DNA from: an uncultured archaeon
GTDB lineage: Archaea; Asgardarchaeota; Lokiarchaeia; Sigyniarchaeales; SOKP01
Assembly (NCBI GenBank): GCA_964508365.1
Contig: CAZDTP010000013.1
Span: 8,290-72,289, forward strand
Length of the DNA stretch: 64,000 bases
Direction: 5' to 3'
Both the position numbers and the translations under genes were made by a program. This document shows positions 39,605-49,162 of the stretch, piece by piece (position 1 is the stretch's first letter; every line of letters begins with the position of its first letter). The notes under the pieces were generated by a model. The model saw only the letters and a list, made by a program, of their open reading frames with translations. It searched no databases and was not told the DNA's origin.

Positions 39605-39763
39605 TCTTTTTTCTTAAGTAAATATTTAAAATCAATAAGTTTTATATTGTTGATATTAAGATAATGAAGCACTTCATCATTTCATAAACATCCTAATTAA
39701 ATCGTAACAAATATCAATTTTGCGTAATTTAATATAATACTAATACCAAATATCCTTTCTATT

Positions 39764-41650
39764 ATGTCTGCTCAGGAACCTAATCACGTTATTTCGATAA
39801 GCGTGAAAAAATTCCCTCAAAACCTATTAATACCCAATGTTGAAAATCCGGTTTCCCTAGAAATAATTAATCAATCTAACAAAGATGAACACTTTAAGTT
39901 CGTTTTTGAGGGAGAAAATCTCGAGATCGATGTTTCACCAAATGAATTTAAGGATGAGGTTAAATTTACTCCGAGCGAAGCCAAAACGATAAATTTGATG
40001 TTAACTCCTGTCAGAGATGGTTTTGGTAAACTGACAATCAATGCTTATTGGATGAAACTAGTGGAATACATCGTAAAGGTTCAACACATAAGAGAAACTG
40101 TTTCCACAAGCAAAATAAACTCTATTTTGAAGAATAAACAATTCCTTCAACCCATTAAAAGTGACAAATTCAACATTAACGATTATATTATTTCATCTAG
40201 TAAAAGTGATATTAAAAAAATTGAAAAACAACTAAAAGAGCTAAATAATATATCTACTGAACCACAAGCTGAAGATTCAAGCCAAGATAGTAAACTGCTA
40301 AAACCCAACACTGAAATTGCTCGCCGAGAAATAGTTAATAAGCTTAAATTGCTTGCAAAATCTTACGTTTCTATTGGTGAATTTGAAAAAGCTCTTGAGA
40401 CCGCATTACAGATCACTGATGAAAAAGAAAAGATAGAATTATACTATACCCTAATTAGAGCTAATGCTCCTAAAAATTTGGATGGGAGTTTACAGACAGT
40501 TAAGAAACTAAAAGATCTTAATAAAAAAAATCAGATGATTAAAAACATAGCCCATGATTATGTTGATGTTAATCCTGATGAAATTCCTAAAATCCTTTTA
40601 CTAATTGAAGAGACAACAGTAAGGGAAAAAATTCTTCTCAATTTAATTTATAGTTCTCTAGAAAAAGAAGTATCTATAGCTCTTAAGTTTGTAGAGCAAA
40701 TTGAAGATGAGATAATTAAAATTAAAGTTTTATTCAATATTATAAAAAATTTCCATGAAGAAAAGAAGGACGACTTGATTCTCCCTATTTTAAAACAGAT
40801 CGATCAGATTATACTAAACTCAGAGAAAATAACACTATCAGAACATAAGTATAACAATCCTGCTTACGAATATTTTAAAGAAACTATTTGCATATTAGCT
40901 GAATTAGATTGTCCTGAAACAGCGGATAAAATAATAGGAGAATTAAGTTCAGAAGAGCTTAGAGAAAATATTGCGAAGGATATTTTCAACGAGATTTATG
41001 AAATGGTTGATGAGAAAAAAAATAAAATAGAACCTATTGGTGAATTTTCTCAATTCTATATATTGAATACATATATATCTAATATATCAAATGAAATACA
41101 AGATTTTTCTCTCATTGGAGGAAATGTAAGTAATAATGTCCTCGCAGGCAATTTTAATTTTAATGTCGCCCTAATTTCCTTATTTAGTTTTAATTTTAGT
41201 ATTTTCCCTTTAATAGATAGAGTTTACTCGGAGTTAGCATATAATTCCGATAAATCCATTGCTTATTATATCTTTCCTTCTATTAGCGATCACGATGAAG
41301 ATGAAGTAAGGATCATACAACATACCCTAAAAAGATTTGTTCAACCCGAAAGAATAACAAATCAGGTAATAATTTTTAATTTAGACTTCATACAGTATTT
41401 GGGAAAACCCACTGTCATCTTATCGTCAATTTCAGAGGAAATGAATACTATTAAATCGAGAATTGTAAGAAATCTTAAAGATAGCGTTAATGTGATAATA
41501 GATGACGATCTCTTCAAGGGAGGAAAGACGGTTGATAATTTAACAAGTATTTTTTACGGGGACAAATTTAAAATAGTTAATTTGGTACTGTCCTATGAAT
41601 TTATTAATGATTTTAACCTATTTAAAAATTTAATTCAATCATTAACTTAA
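39764..41650 (+). CDS. Hypothetical protein: N-terminal beta-sandwich, central alpha-helical repeats, alpha/beta C-terminus
   Basis: Ig-like strands (VSLEIINQS...HFKFVFEG...LTINAYW), then repeating amphipathic helices (e.g. FEKALETALQI). Confidence 0.7.
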   Translation: MSAQEPNHVISISVKKFPQNLLIPNVENPVSLEIINQSNKDEHFKFVFEGENLEIDVSPNEFKDEVKFTPSEAKTINLMLTPVRDGFGKLTINAYWMKLVEYIVKVQHIRETVSTSKINSILKNKQFLQPIKSDKFNINDYIISSSKSDIKKIEKQLKELNNISTEPQAEDSSQDSKLLKPNTEIARREIVNKLKLLAKSYVSIGEFEKALETALQITDEKEKIELYYTLIRANAPKNLDGSLQTVKKLKDLNKKNQMIKNIAHDYVDVNPDEIPKILLLIEETTVREKILLNLIYSSLEKEVSIALKFVEQIEDEIIKIKVLFNIIKNFHEEKKDDLILPILKQIDQIILNSEKITLSEHKYNNPAYEYFKETICILAELDCPETADKIIGELSSEELRENIAKDIFNEIYEMVDEKKNKIEPIGEFSQFYILNTYISNISNEIQDFSLIGGNVSNNVLAGNFNFNVALISLFSFNFSIFPLIDRVYSELAYNSDKSIAYYIFPSISDHDEDEVRIIQHTLKRFVQPERITNQVIIFNLDFIQYLGKPTVILSSISEEMNTIKSRIVRNLKDSVNVIIDDDLFKGGKTVDNLTSIFYGDKFKIVNLVLSYEFINDFNLFKNLIQSLT

Positions 41651-41678
41651 TCTAATTATAATAAATGTGAATAACTTT

Positions 41679-43367
41679 ATGGCAAAAGATAAGAAAAAGA
41701 AAAAACAGAAAGGATCAAGTAAAGATGCGTATGGGACTTTCTCTCAAATGATAGGACAAGATTCAGGTAAAAAGCATAAAACTAAAGCAACAGCAGTTGG
41801 TGAACTTCCTTTTGGTGTGAGTCTTGGCAACCCTATAGATAGATCTACTGATAAATTATTTCTTGGGACCGATTATCGAGAAATTTTAATACCTGAAAGG
41901 TCATGGGCAGATATTCTTGCAGATATCGAACATTGGACACCTTTACCCTTCACACATGGAATAGAAATGGAATTAATTATCGCTGATGATAATGGGGATT
42001 ATCCTCCTGGCGACGAAATGGTTTTTCGAATGAAAGAAATCGTGAAAGACGCAATTAGAATTATGGATCAGATTTTATATGAAGGTAGAGAGAATTTCTT
42101 ACCTATTCCAGATTATATAAGGCAAAAGGTAACTGCTAGACCATATGGTCGAGATGATCTTGAAAAGGGATATGCAATGGATATCAGATATCGTTTACCC
42201 AATGGAGGTGAAGTAGACATAGATACATTCGCTCGCGACGGTAATGTAACTGCTGTGACATACATATTAGAACTTGTAACTCCTCCCTGCGAATACGCTG
42301 AAGAAATGGCATATTGGGCAAGTACCTTGTTTCTGCTCGCAAAAACGACCTTACCTAACGATTTACATATAATTGCGTCTGCCATAAATCCTGCTGCGAA
42401 GGAATATATGCGTGGACTGACTCAAGCGGATCACAGCCATATTGGAGCATTCAAATCAGATTTGGAAAAAGTCCAAGCTTATTGTATGATAAGAAATTTT
42501 CTTCCACATATTATTGCACTTACTTGTAATTCTCCAATACTAAATAATCAACCTACAGATGTAGTTAAGATTGTTAACAATAGAATAACAGCTCCAAATT
42601 GCGTTCGTTCCTTAAGATTGAAAAATAACACTACAATGCTTAGTAATAACGATCCTAAGCATTTCATTCCTTACTTAACTGATCTTAGCGAGAATTCTAT
42701 TAATTATTTCCTTCAAACCATCCAAAAAGCAAGCTTAGAGGACGGTAGATTTCAAGATGTCTTCCCAGTTACAGATTGGGGGACGATAGAGATTAGAATT
42801 AGCGATGCGCAAATATCAATCTGTCGTAGAATTGGTATAGCTCTTTTATTGGAGGCAATGTGCTATAAGGCTCGAAAGTTATTAGAGCAAGAAGTATGGG
42901 TACCAGATGCGGGAAGTGAGACAATTGCTTATAACAGAAAAACAGCAATTGAACGAGGATTAATTTCTCTATTTCGGCCCCAGAACCTTACGCGAGAGCA
43001 TCTCGCACAGTATGATCCTGAATTTGCTGAGCAATATCTGGGCCCTGAAAACCAACCAGTTAGATATATGATGCAAGCTTGCCAAAGAATGTTCTTCTAT
43101 CTGAAGGATGTCTTAAAAGAACTTGGATTTCTCTACTCTCCGTTTCTGAAACCTATCCTTCAGTCAGTTTTTGGAAATGTAAGCTATGCTGAACCTCCAA
43201 TAACCGAAGCAGAATATCAGTTAAGCCTTTATCAGTATAAGTTAGATAATAACGAAAATCCCAATATTTTATACGATTTGATTTACTTTACGATTGAATA
43301 TTGTCAGGATCCCTTAAATAATCCATTAACTGGAGTTTTATCGCTTCCAAGAGAAATGAGAGAATAA
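41679..43367 (+). CDS. Glutamate-cysteine ligase family 2 (GCS2)/carboxylate-amine ligase
   Basis: HGIEMELII, LELVTPPC, HSHIG, WGTIEIRISDAQ; ATG at 41679 chosen over GTG 41667. Confidence 0.78.
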   Translation: MAKDKKKKKQKGSSKDAYGTFSQMIGQDSGKKHKTKATAVGELPFGVSLGNPIDRSTDKLFLGTDYREILIPERSWADILADIEHWTPLPFTHGIEMELIIADDNGDYPPGDEMVFRMKEIVKDAIRIMDQILYEGRENFLPIPDYIRQKVTARPYGRDDLEKGYAMDIRYRLPNGGEVDIDTFARDGNVTAVTYILELVTPPCEYAEEMAYWASTLFLLAKTTLPNDLHIIASAINPAAKEYMRGLTQADHSHIGAFKSDLEKVQAYCMIRNFLPHIIALTCNSPILNNQPTDVVKIVNNRITAPNCVRSLRLKNNTTMLSNNDPKHFIPYLTDLSENSINYFLQTIQKASLEDGRFQDVFPVTDWGTIEIRISDAQISICRRIGIALLLEAMCYKARKLLEQEVWVPDAGSETIAYNRKTAIERGLISLFRPQNLTREHLAQYDPEFAEQYLGPENQPVRYMMQACQRMFFYLKDVLKELGFLYSPFLKPILQSVFGNVSYAEPPITEAEYQLSLYQYKLDNNENPNILYDLIYFTIEYCQDPLNNPLTGVLSLPREMRE

Positions 43368-43393
43368 GTATATATCATAAAAATAAAAAAAAG

Positions 43394-44947
43394 TTGATAT
43401 GGAAAACTATGCTTACTGCGATTATTGAACAGGAAGGAAAAATTCGAGCGGAAAATATATTTGTAATCGATTCTCATTCACATTTAGGAGAAGATGTAGA
43501 TGGAGCAACCATGATGAATCCCTTAGCACCAGGAACAGGAACATTCGACTTTTGGGGCAATGTCCAAGGTAGAATAAAATCCGATTGGGCTATTACAGGA
43601 GAACAATCTTTTTCAACAAAAATAGATGGTAAACACGCTAAGATTAGTTGGGAGTTCAATCCATACCCCTTTACAGATAACCTTTATATTGCGTTAGAAT
43701 CGTTGGGGAAAAAGCATTCTGATTTAAAAGCAAAATCGAAATTTTATGCTTTTGTCGACCAAGGTGTGGTTTTCCCGTTTCAGGATGTGTTTAGGGATAA
43801 GCATCCAGAAGCTCGATATCGAGCCAGTAATATCAATGTTTCTCGATTTACTACTCGCTTTCCTTTTTCCATGAAATTAATTGGGTATGCGCGTTGCGAT
43901 CCAATGGAAGGGGAAAAGGCAATAAACGAAGTAGCTTACGCTCGACAGGAATTAGGACTCCGAGGATTAAAACTCCACCCTCGTTCTGAAAGATGGATTG
44001 ATGATATTAATTCAGGGAAACCTTTAAGAGTTTTAGTTGAAGCTGCTAGGCATTCTCTACCCGTAATTTTTGATACTCGAGGAAGAGGTTCGATACTAGA
44101 TATCGCAGAATTAATTAAGTCAACGCGTTCAGTTATAATTCAACAAAATCCGACTTTATTACCTCACTTTAAAGTAATTATTGCTCATTTTGCTCAAGGA
44201 AATATAGGTGATTATGAGGTTTATAACGCTTTAGTTCAACCCAATACCTATGGGGACTTATCTATGCTTCATGGTGAGGGTGCTGGGAACTTTTTTGAGG
44301 ATTTTCGAAAATGGTTCAAGTCACACGATAAGAAAAGAGTGGATAATCGAGATTGGTCAGAATACCTCCTTTATGCTTCTGACTATCCTTATTTTGGAGA
44401 TATACACGCTCAAAAGCTTATAAAATACATTATAAATAAACGATTTTTCGATACTGGAGGAACTGTTAAAGATATCAGAAATATCATGGGCTTAAATCAG
44501 CTCAAACTTTTACCTGAATATTCCCTACCACAAAAAAAAGATTCTGATTCTCCTTTACCAAGTGTACTTCTATCTAACGCTTCAAATCAAGAAATAAATC
44601 CTTATGAGGTAGCGATTAAAGTAATAGCTGAATTACTTACTAATAATAAGATTGATATTAGGCGTTTCTGCTTACAGTTCAAAGATTCTTGGAATGAAAT
44701 TAGTGAAGATGTATTATTAAACATCTTAAAACGCACGAGTAACGAAGAAATCCCAACCCTTTTGACGACAATTTTGAAAAACCATTTGGGATTAATCGCA
44801 CCATTAAATAAAGAAGTAACTTGGAATATGTTTGGTTATCGGTATTTTAACCCTAAGGATCGTAAATTTTTTACCTCTTTGTTGAAACATAACTACTTAG
44901 CTTTAGATGAAAAGCAAGCTATCAGCTGCTTAAATCAAATATTCTAA
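43394..44947 (+). CDS. Amidohydrolase family 2 (TIM-barrel metallohydrolase) with C-terminal extension
   Basis: IDSHSHLG, GLKLHP, IAHFAQG, ASDYP. Confidence 0.82.
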   Translation: MIWKTMLTAIIEQEGKIRAENIFVIDSHSHLGEDVDGATMMNPLAPGTGTFDFWGNVQGRIKSDWAITGEQSFSTKIDGKHAKISWEFNPYPFTDNLYIALESLGKKHSDLKAKSKFYAFVDQGVVFPFQDVFRDKHPEARYRASNINVSRFTTRFPFSMKLIGYARCDPMEGEKAINEVAYARQELGLRGLKLHPRSERWIDDINSGKPLRVLVEAARHSLPVIFDTRGRGSILDIAELIKSTRSVIIQQNPTLLPHFKVIIAHFAQGNIGDYEVYNALVQPNTYGDLSMLHGEGAGNFFEDFRKWFKSHDKKRVDNRDWSEYLLYASDYPYFGDIHAQKLIKYIINKRFFDTGGTVKDIRNIMGLNQLKLLPEYSLPQKKDSDSPLPSVLLSNASNQEINPYEVAIKVIAELLTNNKIDIRRFCLQFKDSWNEISEDVLLNILKRTSNEEIPTLLTTILKNHLGLIAPLNKEVTWNMFGYRYFNPKDRKFFTSLLKHNYLALDEKQAISCLNQIF

Positions 44948-44960
44948 AAAGGTGAATAAA

Positions 44961-45488
44961 TTAACTTACAAACAATGTTTTTGTAAGAAGATTATTAATA
45001 AGCAAATTGAAGACATCTTCTATGTTCTTTCCTGTTTTAGAGGAAGTTTTAATACTAGCAATTAAATCAAACTTTGTTAATGCTAGTTTTGATACATTAT
45101 CATCATTATTATTTTCTGGATCAACAAGATCGTATTTAGTTCCAACAAGTATTATTGGTAAGCTAGAATTATGCATTCGTACCAACTCTACCCATCTATT
45201 AACATTATCCATTGTTGCTAGATTTGTTAAATCATAGAGCAATAGGGCTCCCGCCGCACCTTTTACATATTTCTTTAGTAGGAATCGAAATCGTGTTTGA
45301 CCTCCGAAGTCCCATAATTGCAGTGCTATATCGTATTCTTTTATTTGAATGCGTTTGAGATAAAAATTTACCCCAATTGTCATTTTTTGGTCTTCTGTAA
45401 ACAATCCCTCAACATATCTCTGCAGAAGTGTTGTTTTACCTACATTTCCATCCCCAACTGTAAGTATTTTAAATAGAATTTGCTTCAC
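44961..45488 (-). CDS. Rab-like small GTPase
   Basis: GDGNVGKTT, MTIGV, WDFGGQ, TKYD, TSSK; no C-terminal Cys. Confidence 0.9.
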   Translation of the reverse strand: MKQILFKILTVGDGNVGKTTLLQRYVEGLFTEDQKMTIGVNFYLKRIQIKEYDIALQLWDFGGQTRFRFLLKKYVKGAAGALLLYDLTNLATMDNVNRWVELVRMHNSSLPIILVGTKYDLVDPENNNDDNVSKLALTKFDLIASIKTSSKTGKNIEDVFNLLINNLLTKTLFVS

Positions 45489-45514
45489 TATAATAAATTA
45501 CCCAATTATTTGTT

Positions 45515-45904
45515 TCATTGTTGAACTAAAATATACTTAAGTTTTTCACACTTATCGTAAAATTCTTTGCTAAGTGAATTATATATGGTGTGAATTTCAT
45601 CAATAATTTCTTGAGACTTTGAGGTCCATGTAGGATAATCCAATAGATAAATAACTATATTTGCATTTTCAAATGCTATCAACTGTTCCTGCTCATCCTC
45701 TAATAAATAAGGTAATTCTTGGCCAGAAGTATCGAATGCACCTAGTTCTAAGTCCATCCAGTAATATCCTTTAAGGTTGATGCCTCGAGTAGGTTCAAGT
45801 GGCTTAATCATTAAATCTTTAGGATCGTATCCCTCAAAGATTAATTTGATTATGCTTGTTTTACCAACTCCAGCTCTACCTATTACTGAAATCTTATTTG
45901 GCAT
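45515..45904 (-). pseudogene. Truncated Rag-like GTPase (G1-G3 only)
   Basis: GRAGVGKTS, EPT, DTSGQ; paralog of 17494..18408 but lacks G4/G5 and the roadblock domain. Confidence 0.6.
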
Positions 45905-46288
45905 GATTATTTATTGATCACCCTGAATTCCTCCCATTTTAATATGCGAATAACATTTTCAATTAAAATTGCTAATTTAACTATCTTGATATAAAACCTA
46001 ATATAAAAGCATATAATTTTTGTGTCAAATGTTAATTTGTACATTAGAAATAGTGTATATGAATATAAACTTAAGTAAAAAGTCCTTAATCTTTATTGAG
46101 CATAATAAAACTACAATTTTAATTGTTTTTGATTTCAAGCTGAAACAACTCTTATCATTTTAAGTATTTTTCCTATCTAAAATATTTTCTACCAAAATAT
46201 TTAAATATTAGGATTTCTGTACTAATTATACTTAAATTAGTGTAGAAATATTTTTTTTTGTATTAAAATCTTAATGATAGGCTAATAA

Positions 46289-46705
46289 ATGTTTATTCAA
46301 ACAGAGTCATGTAGCGAACCAGAAATCCCAATATGCAGCACGGAAATGCTAGGATTAGAAGCTATTCAGGTTGCTAAGTCTGGTAAAAGGTTAGATATTA
46401 TTTTTCATAGAGGAATAGCACTTTCTCTTACTCAAAAAATAATGAAACTATATCTAGAAAAAATTATTAAAGCAAAACAGGGCAATCTAATTGCTTCAGT
46501 TGATGATTTTGGCGTATATATTCATTTTTTCAGTTTACATTTAGACAAAATTCTGGTTATCATTTATGTTGATAAGAAAAACAGTGTTGTTGACAAATGC
46601 ACGAAAATGTACATACTCTATAAGAAAATTTATGACTACATTCAAAAAAGAAGCCCTATTACGGAAATTTTAGATATGTGCAAGATGACAATCAAAATCA
46701 AGTAA
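46289..46705 (+). CDS. Hypothetical protein, paralog of the N-terminal half of 46832..47641
   Basis: Shared pattern IFHRGI...KQG...IHFF...VIIYVDKK vs LFQKGI...KQG...MHYF...VIIYLDTK. Confidence 0.65.
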   Translation: MFIQTESCSEPEIPICSTEMLGLEAIQVAKSGKRLDIIFHRGIALSLTQKIMKLYLEKIIKAKQGNLIASVDDFGVYIHFFSLHLDKILVIIYVDKKNSVVDKCTKMYILYKKIYDYIQKRSPITEILDMCKMTIKIK

Positions 46706-46831
46706 TACGGAGCAAGAAACGGTCTAATTTCCCCAGGTTAAGAAAAAATGAGATATTTCTGGTTGAAGTCCTATCAATTTCTATATAAGCAAGAAAGCGT
46801 TTTAAACATAGACCAACTTATTTTATGGGCA

Positions 46832-47641
46832 TTATATAACAAAGTAATTATCTAAAATGTTTCCAAATCTTTGAAATTGTGATATATTCCCAGTAAAGGC
46901 TTTTGGGCTTATATCGTCTTTATACATGTCCAAAAACTCATCAGATACTATTTGCATATATTTTTGATCAAGTTTTGAGATTCTCTCCTCTCCTACTAAA
47001 TAGGCAAAAATCACATTATTTTTTACAGTCAAATAAATTTGCTGATTTCCAAAGTTTATATGGTTCAGTTCTACGCCAGGTCCTTGCCCAATCATTTCTT
47101 TAGTAAAGATTAATAAGGCGGAAATAAAACCACTAATTTGAATTTCAAAATCCCTCAATCTACTTTTTTTCTTGTTCATTTTAGAATAGAACAAGTGACC
47201 TGAGGTACTTATTATAAAAAATGCTAATATAGAATCGGACTTTGGAATGATAAAATCGTAATCGCAAATTTCTTGTATATCACTGAATTCTTCACAAGAA
47301 TAGATAGCTTCATTTAATTTTTTAGAAATTTCATAATAACTCGAAAATTTCATTATTGACTCTTTAGTATCCAAATAAATAATGACAATAATTTCACTAG
47401 GATTAGTATTGAAATAATGCATATAGATCGTATAATCGCTAATCAGTTCAATTGCAATACCTTGTTTTTTTTTCAAAATTTTATTCTTATTTAGTTTCAG
47501 TATTGTGTGAATTAGTTGGATGCCTATTCCTTTTTGGAATAAAACTTGCATGGTACCTCCAGCATTTAAGTCTGATATTTTTATCAACCCTACACCAAGA
47601 AGATGCATTGGTGGAGTGCTATCATTATCTAGAACTATCAT
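46832..47641 (-). CDS. Two-domain protein with C-terminal longin-like domain
   Basis: AFFIISTSGHLFYSK...ISGFISALLIFTKEM...VIFAYLV...EFLDMY, a longin-like pattern. Confidence 0.65.
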   Translation of the reverse strand: MIVLDNDSTPPMHLLGVGLIKISDLNAGGTMQVLFQKGIGIQLIHTILKLNKNKILKKKQGIAIELISDYTIYMHYFNTNPSEIIVIIYLDTKESIMKFSSYYEISKKLNEAIYSCEEFSDIQEICDYDFIIPKSDSILAFFIISTSGHLFYSKMNKKKSRLRDFEIQISGFISALLIFTKEMIGQGPGVELNHINFGNQQIYLTVKNNVIFAYLVGEERISKLDQKYMQIVSDEFLDMYKDDISPKAFTGNISQFQRFGNILDNYFVI

Positions 47642-48016
47642 AATCTATTTTTGCTAATAAACCTAAAATTATTATACTTTTTGTTCAAATTAAAAAAAAA
47701 ATAGTAATTTAAGATTTATATTCTACAAATTGATAATAATCGTGGTCATATTTAAGCTTTTTTATAACAAATTTAAATTCATGGGTTTTTAAAAAAAAAA
47801 TAGTGTATAATATGCAACCTTTATTAATTTTCCACTATTTGTGAATTGTTTAGTTAACATTTTAATATTACTTCTTTTATATAATTGTTAAATTCTAATA
47901 ACTTGATAGTTCCAAAACTCTCAAAATTTAAAAAAAATAAGATTCGATGAAATAACCGCAAAAAAGTAAAGAAATATCTTTTTCATTGTTAGTAATTAAT
48001 AGATGGTATCATAAAA

Positions 48017-49156
48017 ATGTCGAATGGAACAATATCCGTCCTTATAATTGAAGACAATCCTGGAGATGCCAGACTCATTGAAGAAATGTTAAAAGAAGCG
48101 AAAAGAGCGAATTTTTTATTTATTAATCAAACAACTCTTAGTGGTGGATTAGAAGAGCTTCTAAGTAATAAGATTGACATTATACTATTAGATCTCAATC
48201 TTCCTGATTGCACTGGGCTCGATACCATATCAATTATACATGAAAAGGTTAAGGCAATGCCAATTATAATCCTAACTGGAAGAGTGGATGAAGAGTTAGC
48301 AATTGAATCTCTTAAACGTGGAATGCAAGACTATCTGGTTAAGGGAAAAATAGATTCAGGACTTTTGGAACGCTCAATTCTGTATGCCATTGGGAGGCAA
48401 CAAGTAATGCAGGAACTTGATGACTCTAAGAAAGAAATTCAGGATGCTTTTCACCGAGCTAATTTTTATAAAGATATTTTTGCTCATGATATGAGCAATA
48501 TCTTACAAGGGATATTATCAGTAGCACAAATTACTAAGTTTCAATTAGGCAAAACTAATGATCCGAATGAAATTTTGAATATTATAGGTATAATTGAAAA
48601 CCAAATCATTAGAGGATCAAAATTGATATCAAACGTTCGCAAACTTTCTGAAGTTGAAGAATTGGAAGAACCTTTGAATTTGATTGATGTTTGTAGTCTT
48701 CTGAAAAAAGCTATAGGGAACTTAAAAAATGCTTATCAATCACATTCTATAAAGATCACGGTTGATTCTCATAATAATAGCATCGTTATCAAAGCAAATG
48801 ACTTATTGTTAGAAGTGTTTGAAAATTTATTAATGAACGCTGTGAATCATAACGAAAATTCAATAATAGAGATATTAATACGAATTTCTGAGGAATATCG
48901 AGAAGGATTGAACTACATTAAAGTAGAATTTATTGATAATGGAATTGGTATTGAAGACTCTAGGAAAGTAAATATATTTACAAGAGGCTCAAAGGAGAAT
49001 AATTATGTTGGAGGAATGGGAATTGGGCTATCACTTGTAAATCTAATTGTGGAAAGATTTGAAGGCAAGATATGGGTAGAGGACAGGTTTAAGGGAGATT
49101 CGACAAAAGGTAGCAATTTTATTGTCATACTTCCCGCAATTGAGCTCAGAAAATAG
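48017..49156 (+). CDS. Hybrid histidine kinase (REC-HisKA-HATPase)
   Basis: IEDN, LLDLNLPD, LVK; H-box AHDMSN, N-box NAVNH, DNGIG, GMGIGL. Confidence 0.88.
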   Translation: MSNGTISVLIIEDNPGDARLIEEMLKEAKRANFLFINQTTLSGGLEELLSNKIDIILLDLNLPDCTGLDTISIIHEKVKAMPIIILTGRVDEELAIESLKRGMQDYLVKGKIDSGLLERSILYAIGRQQVMQELDDSKKEIQDAFHRANFYKDIFAHDMSNILQGILSVAQITKFQLGKTNDPNEILNIIGIIENQIIRGSKLISNVRKLSEVEELEEPLNLIDVCSLLKKAIGNLKNAYQSHSIKITVDSHNNSIVIKANDLLLEVFENLLMNAVNHNENSIIEILIRISEEYREGLNYIKVEFIDNGIGIEDSRKVNIFTRGSKENNYVGGMGIGLSLVNLIVERFEGKIWVEDRFKGDSTKGSNFIVILPAIELRK

Positions 49157-49162
49157 TCTTAG

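Noticed and set aside
44951-44955. SD-like GGTGA after the amidohydrolase stop
   Set aside because: No + strand gene follows; probably chance.
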